Part shown: one piece after another, positions 1 through 9,579 of the stretch
How positions within the stretch are numbered: the first letter of the stretch is position 1
How the letters are laid out: every line of letters starts with the position of its first letter
Source of the DNA: Phycisphaerae bacterium
GTDB taxonomy: Bacteria; Planctomycetota; Phycisphaerae; UBA1845; Fen-1342
DNA: 64,000 nt
Reading direction: 5' to 3'
Assembly: GCA_963675745.2 (NCBI GenBank)
Contig: CAXXWX010000027.1
Coordinates: forward strand, 32,001 to 96,000
The notes under the pieces: model-generated
Seen by the model: the letters and a program-made list of their open reading frames with translations, nothing else
Told to the model about the DNA's origin: nothing
Database searches by the model: none
Position numbers and translations under genes: made by a program

Positions 1-255
1 CCTCCGACACAGGCGTCTGCCTCTTCTGCACGGTACTCCAGACACGTGGACGAGTCGTCGGACGCCGGTCCGCAGGTGTTTGTATCGCCGAGCGCGGCGA
101 TTCTCCCGTTGGTTCTAGCAGCAACCGAGGACTTTCGGACAGTATCGGAACTCGGCCGCGGCGCTGAGGAAACCGCGACGGCGACCGCCGGCGACGTCGG
201 GCATAAACAGACACCTGGCACAGACCCTGCACACGGTCTGGATTTGTACGCCTAG
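1..255 (+). CDS. 3' end of hypothetical protein (partial, open from window start)
   Basis: Frame 1 has no stop from base 1 to TAG at 253-255; it ends in HGLDLYA, a C-terminal GxDxYA-like motif. Confidence 0.35.
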   Translation, partial: PPTQASASSARYSRHVDESSDAGPQVFVSPSAAILPLVLAATEDFRTVSELGRGAEETATATAGDVGHKQTPGTDPAHGLDLYA

Positions 256-737
256 CCTACCAACATCAACCTGCCTTCACCGAGCAGCGGGGGCACTTCG
301 CACTGGCAGCTCCAAGCGCGCGCTTGGAACATCCAACCTGCGTGTTGAATTTACACGCCATGCTCGTTTGCCCTTAACTGACGCGTGACGCTCATGACGA
401 CACCGAAGCGCACACGCTAAGGCCTCGACGGCGGGCGGGCGCGGCAACAAACACTGCGCGATAGGACAAACCCATGGTCTGTCTGGTTGCACCAGCAGTC
501 CCGTTGAATCTTCCTAGGGTGTGTCACGGCGATCAACACACGCCGCCTCTTATCCAGTCCGTGCCATAGACCGATCCTAACTGTGTCCGTCCGACTTGTA
601 CTTCGGCGGTCGAGCGGCGGATTGAGACAGAGTCTGGTGCCAGCCAGAGAAACTGCCCGTTTCGATCGGGACGCAGCAGTTGCGATCCCATCCAGATGTT
701 TGGATGCGTGTAACGATGCCCCCGTGGAGAGCACCAC

Positions 738-2006
738 TTGATTGTGCTGCGCGGTATTACCTTCGCTTGTCGATGCCACCTGGCGGCCGCACTGGCTGTG
801 CTGCTGGCGGCCCACTCACCGCGCGCGTTCGCCTCCAACGGTGTGGAGCTGACCGGCATCAGTTTCCAGGCACGCGCCCGTGGCGGCGCGGATGTGGCCG
901 TCGGCGATTCAGCCCTCTCCCAGATAGACAACCCCGCCGCGTTGGCGCTGACGCCGCAAGGGCGCCCGCGTTTCGACTTCGCCGGGCAACTCGTATTCCC
1001 AGACGTGTCCTGGCACACACCGCTCGGGTCGTGCGAGTCCGAAATCCGGTTGATTCCCATCGCGGACACGGCGCTGGCCTTTCCGGTCAACGAGCGCCTG
1101 GCCTGGGGATTGGCTGTTCACGGCAAATCAGGTCTGGCCACCCGCTATCGGGCGCGACATCTGCTGATCCCGTTCCAGCGACGCCGTGTCGAGTCCGACT
1201 GCAAGAACCTCGGGCTCTACCTGAGCGGGGCTTACCGTCTCAACGACCGGCTCTCGATCGGTGGCGGCATCCGGGGCGAGCTGCTGACCACGGAGTTCAG
1301 CGCGGTGCTCGGGCCCATGGACGTAGAGTTTGGCCGCGGCTACGCATACGGATTGGGTTTTCAGTTGGGCGCTCACTATCAGGCCACAGACTCGCTGACT
1401 TTCGGCGTCGCTTACCGTTCACCCACCTGGGCCAACGACCTGCGTGGCGGACAGACGCGGGCCGCGCTGTTCGGCCTCCTGCCCGTTCCGCTGGGCGATG
1501 GCAACATCGACACCATTCGCCTGCCGCAGCGCGTGGCCGCCGGAACGGCGTGGGACGTGACCGACTGGTGCAAACTGGTGGGCGAAGTCCGCTGGTTGAA
1601 CTACTCCAACTCGATCTGGAACGACCTCACCGTCGCCACCGACGGCGTCGTCGACCTGCGCGTACCACTGCCATTGGGCTATCGCGACCAGTGGGTTTTT
1701 ATCGCCGGCGCCGAGTTCAAGCTCAACGAACGCTGGACGCTGGACGTGGGATACAACTACGGCCGCACGCCGGCCACGGCCAAGCATCTGTTTCCGATCG
1801 GCACGGTACTGGCGCAGCACCACGCCTCGGTCGGCTTGCGGTACGCGCGCGACAACTGGTGGATCGGCGCCGGGTACATTCTTGGTTTCCACGATTCGAT
1901 GAACGGTGGCGGGCGCAGCGTCATCCCTCTGGGTATCGATTATGGACCGAGCAGCATTGAGCAGACGCAACACAGCTTGATCTTTGGTTTTGGGTTTGGA
2001 TGGTGA
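738..2006 (+). CDS. OmpP1/FadL/TodX family outer-membrane transport protein
   Basis: GGAGAG before the TTG start; signal peptide ending AFA; hatch-like SNGVELTG...RGGA...DNPAAL; alternating beta strands; C-terminal aromatic FGFGFGW. Confidence 0.9.
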   Translation: MIVLRGITFACRCHLAAALAVLLAAHSPRAFASNGVELTGISFQARARGGADVAVGDSALSQIDNPAALALTPQGRPRFDFAGQLVFPDVSWHTPLGSCESEIRLIPIADTALAFPVNERLAWGLAVHGKSGLATRYRARHLLIPFQRRRVESDCKNLGLYLSGAYRLNDRLSIGGGIRGELLTTEFSAVLGPMDVEFGRGYAYGLGFQLGAHYQATDSLTFGVAYRSPTWANDLRGGQTRAALFGLLPVPLGDGNIDTIRLPQRVAAGTAWDVTDWCKLVGEVRWLNYSNSIWNDLTVATDGVVDLRVPLPLGYRDQWVFIAGAEFKLNERWTLDVGYNYGRTPATAKHLFPIGTVLAQHHASVGLRYARDNWWIGAGYILGFHDSMNGGGRSVIPLGIDYGPSSIEQTQHSLIFGFGFGW

Positions 2007-2008
2007 GC

Positions 2009-3193
2009 ATGAGCGAGGCCCGCCAAGTGGAGCACCCGACAGATACGCTTCAATCCCGGATGACCACCGGCATCGACTGGTTCATACCCGCTCAGGTGCG
2101 CGGTGGCGTTCCGGACGCGCTTCGTCAGGCCCGCTTGGTGGTGGCGTTCACCTGGACACTGTTTGCCACGGCACTGATATACGCTTCGATTCACTACTTG
2201 ATGAACAGCCCGGTCTGCGCCGCCACGCTCATCGCGGGAGCCGGCATGGCGGTCCCAATTCTGTATGTCATGCATCGGACCGGATCATCCTTAATCGCGG
2301 GGAACATGATCGCCGCAGCCTTCTTCGGTGTGTTGACAATCATGGCGTCCCGCCTGGGGGGGCACGGCTCGATCGTGCTCCCATGGTACGTGGGCGTACC
2401 GGTCGTCGCCCTGAGTACCGCGGGCCGGCGCTCGGCTTTCTGCTGGTTGGCTGTCACCGCATTGTCGCTGGCCGCGTCTTACGCAATTGACTGCGCCGGC
2501 TACACATTCCCTTGCGATCTGACGCATGGCCACTATGAGCTGTTTGGTCTGCTGATGTGGCTCGGCCTGATATTGCTGATGCTCGTGCTCGCCCTTCTGT
2601 TTGAGGCGGCCAAGGTCCAGATGTTGCGCCAGGTGCGGGACAGCGAGCACAAGCTGGAGCTGGAGCGACGGCAATTGCTCTCCATGTTTGACAACATGGA
2701 CGAAGTCATTTACGTGGCCGACCCGCAGACATACGAGCTGCTCTACATGAACGGACCGGCCCGCAAGGCGTGGGGCGACCATGTCGGAGAGCCCTGCCAT
2801 CAGGTCTTGCAGAACCGCGATACGCCCTGCCCGTTCTGCACCAACGACCGCATCTTTGGTGCGGGAGCCGGGACGTATGTCTGGGAATTCCAGAACGCAA
2901 CCAACCAGCGCTATTACCGGCGCATAGACCGGGCCATCCACTGGTCAGACGGGCGCTTGGTCCGCTTCGAGCTTGCCGTGGATATCAGTGATCGCAAAGA
3001 GCGCGAGGCGCTGCTGAAGCAGGCCAAAGAGTCGGCAGAGGCGCACGCCGACCGCGCAGCGGCGGCCATGGCGGACATGGAGCGAATGAACGCAGTGATG
3101 ATGGGGCGTGAGGAGCGGGTCCTGGCGATGAAACAGGAGGTCAATGAGTTGCTGGACGAGTTGGGCCGGCCGAGCAGGTACGAGCACGTGTAG
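2009..3193 (+). CDS. Multi-TM membrane sensor with one PAS domain and C-terminal coiled coil; no catalytic output domain
   Basis: About 6 hydrophobic segments, then PAS (FDNMDEVIYVADP...GEPCHQVLQNRDTPCPFC...DISDRK) and tail MMGREERVLAMKQEVNELL; ATG 2009 follows the fadL stop. Confidence 0.8.
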   Translation: MSEARQVEHPTDTLQSRMTTGIDWFIPAQVRGGVPDALRQARLVVAFTWTLFATALIYASIHYLMNSPVCAATLIAGAGMAVPILYVMHRTGSSLIAGNMIAAAFFGVLTIMASRLGGHGSIVLPWYVGVPVVALSTAGRRSAFCWLAVTALSLAASYAIDCAGYTFPCDLTHGHYELFGLLMWLGLILLMLVLALLFEAAKVQMLRQVRDSEHKLELERRQLLSMFDNMDEVIYVADPQTYELLYMNGPARKAWGDHVGEPCHQVLQNRDTPCPFCTNDRIFGAGAGTYVWEFQNATNQRYYRRIDRAIHWSDGRLVRFELAVDISDRKEREALLKQAKESAEAHADRAAAAMADMERMNAVMMGREERVLAMKQEVNELLDELGRPSRYEHV

Positions 3194-3326
3194 GACGCCA
3201 GCATGCAATTGAGAGATGAGCGGCCCGGCAGGGTGCGGCTTGCCGCACCAGGACTCAACACCGATCACGCAGCATCGATCGGACGCAACACAGCCTGACA
3301 TTCGTTCTTGGATTCGAGTTGTGAAC

Positions 3327-5807
3327 ATGAACAACACCTGCCAAGCAGAACACCGGACACACAGGCTTCGATCACGTTTGCGCGCCGGAGTCGATTGGTT
3401 CATACCTGACCATGTCCGCAATGGTGATCCAGACGTGCTCCGCCGGGCCCGGCTCGTGGTGACGTCTGCCTGGACACTCATCGCTCTGGCAACCGGCTAC
3501 GCTGCGATCGTCCTTTCGATGAACAGCCTGATGAACGCCGCCGCGCTCGGCGCAGCCATCGCCGTGGCACTCGCGAGTCTGTACGTCATCCGTCAGACCG
3601 GCTCGTGCCTTGCTGCGGGAAATCTGCTCGCCGTGGCCTTTTTTGGTGTGCTGACGTTCTTGGCGTGCCGCTTGGGTGGACACGGCGCTCTTACGCTTCC
3701 ATGGTACGCGGCGGTGCCTGTTGTAGCGCTGAGTACAGCGGGCCGGCGCTCCGCCTTTGCCTGGCTGATTGTCACTGTCTTGTCTCTGGCCGTATTCTAC
3801 ACGCTCAATTACATCGGCTACACTTTTCCGAATGATCTGGCTCCGTTTCACTATGAGTTGCTAGCGCTGCTTGCCGGGGTCGGCCTGGTCGTGCTGATGC
3901 TCGCTATCGCCCGTCTGTATGAGTTCTTCCAGGATGTGATGGCGAGGCGGCTACGCGAAAGCGAGGAGAAGGCTAGGGCATTCATCGCAACGTCACGCGA
4001 CTGGATTTGGGAAATAAACCTACAAGGCGCACACACATACAGCAATCCCGCAGTTGAGGCAATCCTGGGATATCGTCCCGACGAAGTGATCGGTGAGGCA
4101 AGCCTCGACCTCATGCATGAGGATGATAGGACAATAGTGGAGGGCATGCTGCCTAATTGGATTGCCGAACGTCGCGGGTGGAGCCACTTACAGATCAGGT
4201 GGAGACACAAGAATGGCGGCTATCGGTGTCTGGACAGCAACGCGGTTCCGATTGTCGGCACCAGCGGCGCAATGCTCGGGTTTAGGGGTGTGGATCGCGA
4301 CATCACGGACCTGCGCAGGGCGAATGATGAAATGCAGCGCGAGGTCTCAGAACGCCGACGGGCCGAGGAGTCGGCCGCCAAGCGCGCAGTCGAACTAGAG
4401 CGGCACACGCTCGAACTGGAGCGAAGCCGCCGGGTGGCTGTAGGCATGATGGAGGACGCTGAGCATTCGCGAAGGGCCGCGGAGGCGGCGCAGGAGCAAC
4501 TGCGCGAAAGTGAGGCGCGGCTCAACGAAATGAGCCGAACCGCTCGCGTCGGTGGCTGGGAGCACGACCTGATTACGCGTAAGGCGATCTGGACGCGCGG
4601 CACGTATGAGATCGTCGAAATTGAGCCGGGCGACCCCATTCCCGGACCTGACGAGCACCTGGATTACTACCTCCCTGAACACCGGCCCCTGGTAGCCGAG
4701 GCCCTGCGGGCACTCATCCAGGAAGACAAACCCCTGGATTACGAGGCTCCGATTCGAACGGCTACGGGTAGGGTCGCTTGGTGTCGAGTTATCGGCCGGG
4801 CGGTCCGTGAAGACGGAGAGTGTATCAAAGTACTCGGGACCATTCAGGACATCAACGAGCGCAAGCAAGCCGAGGAACAGCTCCGAATTCAGAGTGAAGC
4901 ACTTGCCGCGGCAGACAACGCCATCGTGATTACCGACCGCGACGGTTGCATAGCCTGGGTCAACCCGGCATTCACGAGCCTGACCGGTTACACCTTTGAC
5001 GAGGCCGTCGGCCAGAATCCGCGCGTGCTCAAGAGTGGCAAGCACGATGATGCGTTGTACCGAGACTTGTGGAGTACGGTGCTCTCGGGACAAGTGTGGC
5101 GCGCTGAGCTGATCAACCGACGTAAGGATGGCAGCCTGTACTACGAAGAAATGACTATCACACCGGTTACAGATGTGAGCGGGACAATCACGCACTTCGT
5201 CGCAATCAAGCAGGACGTCTCCGAACGCAAGCGGGCCGAGGAGCAGGCCACTCGATTCAGTCGAGTGCTCGAAAGCTCCCTCAACGAGATCTACATCTTC
5301 GATGTCGACACACTCCGCCTGATCGTCGTGAATCACGGCGCCCGAAAGAACCTGGGATACTCGATGGAGGAGCTGCTCTGCCTAACCGCTTTGGATCTGA
5401 AACCGGAGTTCACGGCCGAGTCGTTTGCGGAGCTGGTCCGGCCCTTGCGCACCGGCGCCCAGGAGCAGGTCCACTTCACTACGACTCACCGACGCAAGGA
5501 CGGATCGGTGTACCCCGTCGATGTCCACCTTCAGTTGATGAATGACGGCACCCCGATTTTCGTCTCCATCGTTCTCGACATCACCGAGCGCAAGCGGGCC
5601 GAGGCGCAGTTGCGTGCGGCCAAGGAAGCCGCCGAGTCGGCCAGTGAGTCGCTCAGGGAAACCGTGGCAGACCTTGAGAGATTCAATCAACTGGCCGTGG
5701 GTCGCGAACTGCGGATGATAGAGTTGAAACAGGAAGTCAACGAGTTGCTCGTCGCGCAGGGACAGGAACCCAAGTTCCAGATCGTCGAGGAGGAGGTAAC
5801 GGCATGA
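3327..5807 (+). CDS. Multi-TM membrane sensor with four PAS/PAC domains and C-terminal coiled coil; no catalytic output domain
   Basis: N-terminus paralogous to 2009-3193 (DWFIP...RLGGHG...PWY.AVPVVALSTAGRRSAF); four PAS/PAC units ending DITDLR, DINERK, DVSERK, DITERK; tail AVGRELRMIELKQEVNELL; start uncertain (3321/3327). Confidence 0.85.
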   Translation: MNNTCQAEHRTHRLRSRLRAGVDWFIPDHVRNGDPDVLRRARLVVTSAWTLIALATGYAAIVLSMNSLMNAAALGAAIAVALASLYVIRQTGSCLAAGNLLAVAFFGVLTFLACRLGGHGALTLPWYAAVPVVALSTAGRRSAFAWLIVTVLSLAVFYTLNYIGYTFPNDLAPFHYELLALLAGVGLVVLMLAIARLYEFFQDVMARRLRESEEKARAFIATSRDWIWEINLQGAHTYSNPAVEAILGYRPDEVIGEASLDLMHEDDRTIVEGMLPNWIAERRGWSHLQIRWRHKNGGYRCLDSNAVPIVGTSGAMLGFRGVDRDITDLRRANDEMQREVSERRRAEESAAKRAVELERHTLELERSRRVAVGMMEDAEHSRRAAEAAQEQLRESEARLNEMSRTARVGGWEHDLITRKAIWTRGTYEIVEIEPGDPIPGPDEHLDYYLPEHRPLVAEALRALIQEDKPLDYEAPIRTATGRVAWCRVIGRAVREDGECIKVLGTIQDINERKQAEEQLRIQSEALAAADNAIVITDRDGCIAWVNPAFTSLTGYTFDEAVGQNPRVLKSGKHDDALYRDLWSTVLSGQVWRAELINRRKDGSLYYEEMTITPVTDVSGTITHFVAIKQDVSERKRAEEQATRFSRVLESSLNEIYIFDVDTLRLIVVNHGARKNLGYSMEELLCLTALDLKPEFTAESFAELVRPLRTGAQEQVHFTTTHRRKDGSVYPVDVHLQLMNDGTPIFVSIVLDITERKRAEAQLRAAKEAAESASESLRETVADLERFNQLAVGRELRMIELKQEVNELLVAQGQEPKFQIVEEEVTA

Positions 5808-6346
5808 AAGGCGTCATCAACAAGGGAATCCAGGAGCTGGTGGAGAGCCAGTTTGGCAAAGATACCTGGGAGACGATCTGCCAGGAGGCGAACTGTGATG
5901 AACCCTTGTTTTCGCCGGGCCTCGAATATCCCGATCAGATGACCATTGATCTGGTCACAGCGGCGGCCAAGCACACCGACTTGTCGGCCGATGCGGTTAT
6001 GATCGAGTTTGGAAAGTACTGGATTCCCAACACCGGGAGGGAATCACACCCGGCACTGTATGCACTGGCCGGCCGCAACGCCCGTGACTTTCTCGCGCAC
6101 GCCGAGCGAATTCACACTCAAGTCACAAAGTCGATCAGTGGCGCGCACCCGCCCAAGCTCAGCGCCGAGGATTTGCCGGACGGAGGATTGGCCATTCATT
6201 ATGTTTCGGCGCGCGGACTCTGCCCGGTGGTCCACGGCCTGATTCTCGGAGTCGGAGTTCATTTCGGGCAGCCGCTGGACGTCACGGAAACCTGTTGTAC
6301 ACGTCGGGGCGATCCCGAGTGCGTCTTTGAAGTGAGGTTTCCGTAA
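5804..6346 (+). CDS. H-NOX (heme NO-binding) domain protein
   Basis: 180 aa; MKGVI...FG...W N-terminus; YPD; proximal His in RIHTQV; HPP; YxSxR heme-propionate motif (YVSAR); C-terminal CCxxxGxxxC. Confidence 0.92.
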   Translation: MKGVINKGIQELVESQFGKDTWETICQEANCDEPLFSPGLEYPDQMTIDLVTAAAKHTDLSADAVMIEFGKYWIPNTGRESHPALYALAGRNARDFLAHAERIHTQVTKSISGAHPPKLSAEDLPDGGLAIHYVSARGLCPVVHGLILGVGVHFGQPLDVTETCCTRRGDPECVFEVRFP

Positions 6347-7753
6347 ATGACCGCGCTGACAGTCACAATCGAGGCATTTACGCAACTCGGCCCGTCCGTT
6401 ATCGCGGTGGACGACGACCAGGTTGTGCGCTGGGTGTCGGAGAGTCTGACCAAGCTCCTCGACACATCCATCGCCGGACAGGAGCTCGATAACTTCGTGG
6501 TTGCCGTGGACCGTCCGTTCGTGGCCCTGGGGCTACGCACGAAGAGCGGAAACACGCTTCCTCTGCGCGGAAGCTGGATGCCGGCGACGGAGAGTCACCT
6601 GCGCGTGTTCGTCGGAAGCCCGGTGCCGGAAACGACCGAAGAGATGCAGCGGCTGGGCATCACGATCGACGACCTGCCGGAAGACGACTCATGGCTCAAT
6701 TACCTGATCCTGGCCGACGAGTGCGCCGCAACGCAGAATAACGCGCGCAGTCGCATCGGTCAGTTGAAGCGGGAGCGGGCCGAACTGAACGAGGCGCGCG
6801 ACCAGATGCGCGACGCGCGACGCGCGGCGCTCAACATGTTGAGCGATGTTGACCACGCGCGACAACTGGCGGAAAAGGCCCACGCGGAACTCCGGGACGC
6901 ACAACAGCAGTTGGTCGAAGCCTCCCGCCTGGCGGGGATGTCCGAGGTGGCGACGGACGTGCTGCACAACGTCGGGAACGTGCTCAACAGTGTCAACGTG
7001 TCGGCCGGCCTGGTCAGTGAGAAGGTCCGTGGATCCAGAGTGCCGGGCCTGGCCAAGGCCACGTCCCTGATGTCCGAGCACATGCACGACCTGGACACTT
7101 TCATCACCCAGGACGAGCGCGGCCGCCAGTTACCCGGCTATTTGGCAAAACTCGCCGACCATCTCGCGGACGAGCAGTCGGAGGTGTTGGACGAACTCCG
7201 CTCCCTGACCGAGAACATCGAGCACATCAAGAACATCATCAGCATGCAGCAGTCATTGACCGGAACGGCGGGTGTCGTCGAGCCGGTGCGCGTCGGCCGA
7301 TTATTGGACGATCTGTTGAAGATGGATGCGGGGTCGTGCGACCGACACGGAGTGCGGGTTCTGTGCGAGTACGACGAACTTCCTGTAGTCAACGTCGATA
7401 AGCACAGGCTGACGCAGATCCTGGTGAACCTGCTGAAGAACGCCAAGGAAGCACTGAAAGAGGCCCAGCAGTCAGACAAGCGGATGACAGTGCGGCTGCG
7501 CGTACCCGCCGAAGATCGCCTCCAGATCGAAGTGGGCGACAACGCCGTGGGAATACCAGCGGAGAATCTGACGAAGATCTTCGCGCACGGCTTTACAACA
7601 AAGAAGGACGGGCACGGATTTGGTCTGCACGGCAGCGCGCTCGCGGCAAAGGAAATGGGCGGATCACTGACGGCTCAGAGTGACGGTCCAGGTCGGGGCG
7701 CGACCTTTGTTCTTGAATTGCCCGTGCAGGCGGCGGAGCGGAGCGATGTGTAA
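6347..7753 (+). CDS. Histidine kinase with N-terminal H-NOBA-like PAS region
   Basis: N-terminal RPF...LPLRGSW...VFVGSP...GITIDDLP resembles H-NOBA; H-box TDVLHNVGNVLNS; N-box NLLKNA; GDNAVG; GFTTKKDGHGFGL; GPGRGATF. Confidence 0.88.
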   Translation: MTALTVTIEAFTQLGPSVIAVDDDQVVRWVSESLTKLLDTSIAGQELDNFVVAVDRPFVALGLRTKSGNTLPLRGSWMPATESHLRVFVGSPVPETTEEMQRLGITIDDLPEDDSWLNYLILADECAATQNNARSRIGQLKRERAELNEARDQMRDARRAALNMLSDVDHARQLAEKAHAELRDAQQQLVEASRLAGMSEVATDVLHNVGNVLNSVNVSAGLVSEKVRGSRVPGLAKATSLMSEHMHDLDTFITQDERGRQLPGYLAKLADHLADEQSEVLDELRSLTENIEHIKNIISMQQSLTGTAGVVEPVRVGRLLDDLLKMDAGSCDRHGVRVLCEYDELPVVNVDKHRLTQILVNLLKNAKEALKEAQQSDKRMTVRLRVPAEDRLQIEVGDNAVGIPAENLTKIFAHGFTTKKDGHGFGLHGSALAAKEMGGSLTAQSDGPGRGATFVLELPVQAAERSDV

Positions 7754-9578
7754 CCAACGGGGTGAGAGTAATAGGCGCATTCTGCTCATCGATGACAGTG
7801 AGCCGATCCACGCCGACTTTCGAAAGATTCTCGGTGTTGACTCGGGAACAGATTCACAACTGGATGAGGTCGAGGCCGCCCTGTTTGCTGGTTCGACCAG
7901 CAATGTCGCGGCCACGCGCGAGGCTTTTGTGCTGGATTCGGCGTATCAGGGGCGTGATGGGGTCAAGCTGGCTCATGAGGCGCGCGCAAATGAGCAACCG
8001 TACGCCATGGCCTTCGTGGACGTCCGAATGCCCCCTGGGTGGGACGGGATCGAGACCGTAGGCCACCTGTGGGAAGAGGACCCGTACATCCAGGTAGTGA
8101 TCTGCACGGCGTATTCCGACTATTCCTGGGATGATATGGTTGAGAAGCTCGGGCTGAGCGATCAACTCGTGATTCTCAAGAAGCCTTTTGACGCGGTGGA
8201 GGTGCGCCAACTCGCGGCGGCCCTGACCGAGAAGTGGAGCCTGACACGCCGAGCAAAGATGAAGCTCGTGGAGGTGGAACGCATCGTCGAAGCGCGCACG
8301 CAGGAGATCGCACGCGCCCGCGACGAACTCCAGGCGATCAACATGGAACTTGCGGCCACCCGCGATGCGGCTGAAGCCGCCAATCGCTCAAAGTCGGCTT
8401 TCCTCGCAAACATGTCGCACGAGATCCGCACACCGATGGCCGCGATTCTCGGCTTCGCCGAGCAGCTTGTTCAGCCGGGGCTGTCGGAAATGGAGCGCAC
8501 CGACGCTATCGAGACGATCAACCGCAACGGGCTACACCTGCTTGAGATCATCAACGACATTCTGGACATATCAAAAATCGAGGCGGGCCGCATGACCGTC
8601 GAGCAGGTCGCGTGCGACCCGCGCAAACTGGTGGGCGACGTGGCCGCCTTGATTCGTGTGCGCGCCGATGCGAAGAACCTGACTTTCGACACCGAGGTTG
8701 CCGGCGCAATCCCCAAAATAGTCAAGACGGATCCGACCCGCCTGCGCCAGATCCTCATCAATCTCACCGGCAACGCCGTCAAGTTCACTTCTGAGGGGGG
8801 TGTGCGGTTGATCGTCAGCCATATGAGCGAAGGTGAGACACCCTACATGCAGTTCGACGTGGTTGACACCGGCATGGGAATGACCCCGGAGCAGGTTGCC
8901 GGACTATTCCGCCCTTTCGCGCAGGCGGACGACTCCACCGTGCGGAGGTTTGGCGGCACCGGACTGGGACTGGCCATCAGCCGGCACTTCGCCAGGCTGT
9001 TAGGCGGAGACCTAACCGTGGTGGAGTCCGGCGAGGGAGTGGGGACGAGATTTCGAGCGACAATCGCAGCCCGCCCGGTCGAGGATGACCAGCGGGATGA
9101 GGATACGGATAGTGTCCGGCCATCGGCTGAACCGTTGCGAAAGGACGCACCCATTACGACTGAAAGCCCGTTGGACGGCGTGCGTGTCCTTTTGGCCGAG
9201 GATGGGCCGGACAACCAGAAACTTATCTCGTTCGTGCTCAAGAAAGCCGGGGCGCTGGTTACTGTCGTCGAGAATGGTAAGCTGGCAACCGAGGCGGCGC
9301 TGGCCGCCATCGGGGAGGAGCATACTTACAACGTAATCCTGATGGACATGCAGATGCCCGTGATGGACGGCTATACGGCGGTCGAGCTGTTGCGCCGCGA
9401 GGGCTACTCGGCGCCGATCATCGCCCTGACCGCCCACGCCATGGCCAATGACCGAAGCAGGTGCCTCGACGCGGGCTGCGATGACTACGCCAGCAAGCCT
9501 ATCGACCGCAATGCGCTCGTTCAGTGCGTAGCGCGGTGGGCTCATACTTGTTTGGAAACCCGAGTGTCGGGAGTTTGA
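7746..9578 (+). CDS. Hybrid histidine kinase (REC-HisKA-HATPase-REC)
   Basis: RILLIDD...VDVRMPP...KKPF; KSAFLANMSHEIRTP; NLTGNAVKFT; DTGMG; GGTGLGL; C-terminal VLLAEDG...MDMQMP...TA...SKP. Confidence 0.93.
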   Translation: MCNQRGESNRRILLIDDSEPIHADFRKILGVDSGTDSQLDEVEAALFAGSTSNVAATREAFVLDSAYQGRDGVKLAHEARANEQPYAMAFVDVRMPPGWDGIETVGHLWEEDPYIQVVICTAYSDYSWDDMVEKLGLSDQLVILKKPFDAVEVRQLAAALTEKWSLTRRAKMKLVEVERIVEARTQEIARARDELQAINMELAATRDAAEAANRSKSAFLANMSHEIRTPMAAILGFAEQLVQPGLSEMERTDAIETINRNGLHLLEIINDILDISKIEAGRMTVEQVACDPRKLVGDVAALIRVRADAKNLTFDTEVAGAIPKIVKTDPTRLRQILINLTGNAVKFTSEGGVRLIVSHMSEGETPYMQFDVVDTGMGMTPEQVAGLFRPFAQADDSTVRRFGGTGLGLAISRHFARLLGGDLTVVESGEGVGTRFRATIAARPVEDDQRDEDTDSVRPSAEPLRKDAPITTESPLDGVRVLLAEDGPDNQKLISFVLKKAGALVTVVENGKLATEAALAAIGEEHTYNVILMDMQMPVMDGYTAVELLRREGYSAPIIALTAHAMANDRSRCLDAGCDDYASKPIDRNALVQCVARWAHTCLETRVSGV

Positions 9579-9579
9579 G

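Noticed and set aside
680..1960. 426-aa + strand ORF overlapping fadL
   Set aside because: Arg/Pro-rich alternate-frame shadow of the FadL gene with no motifs
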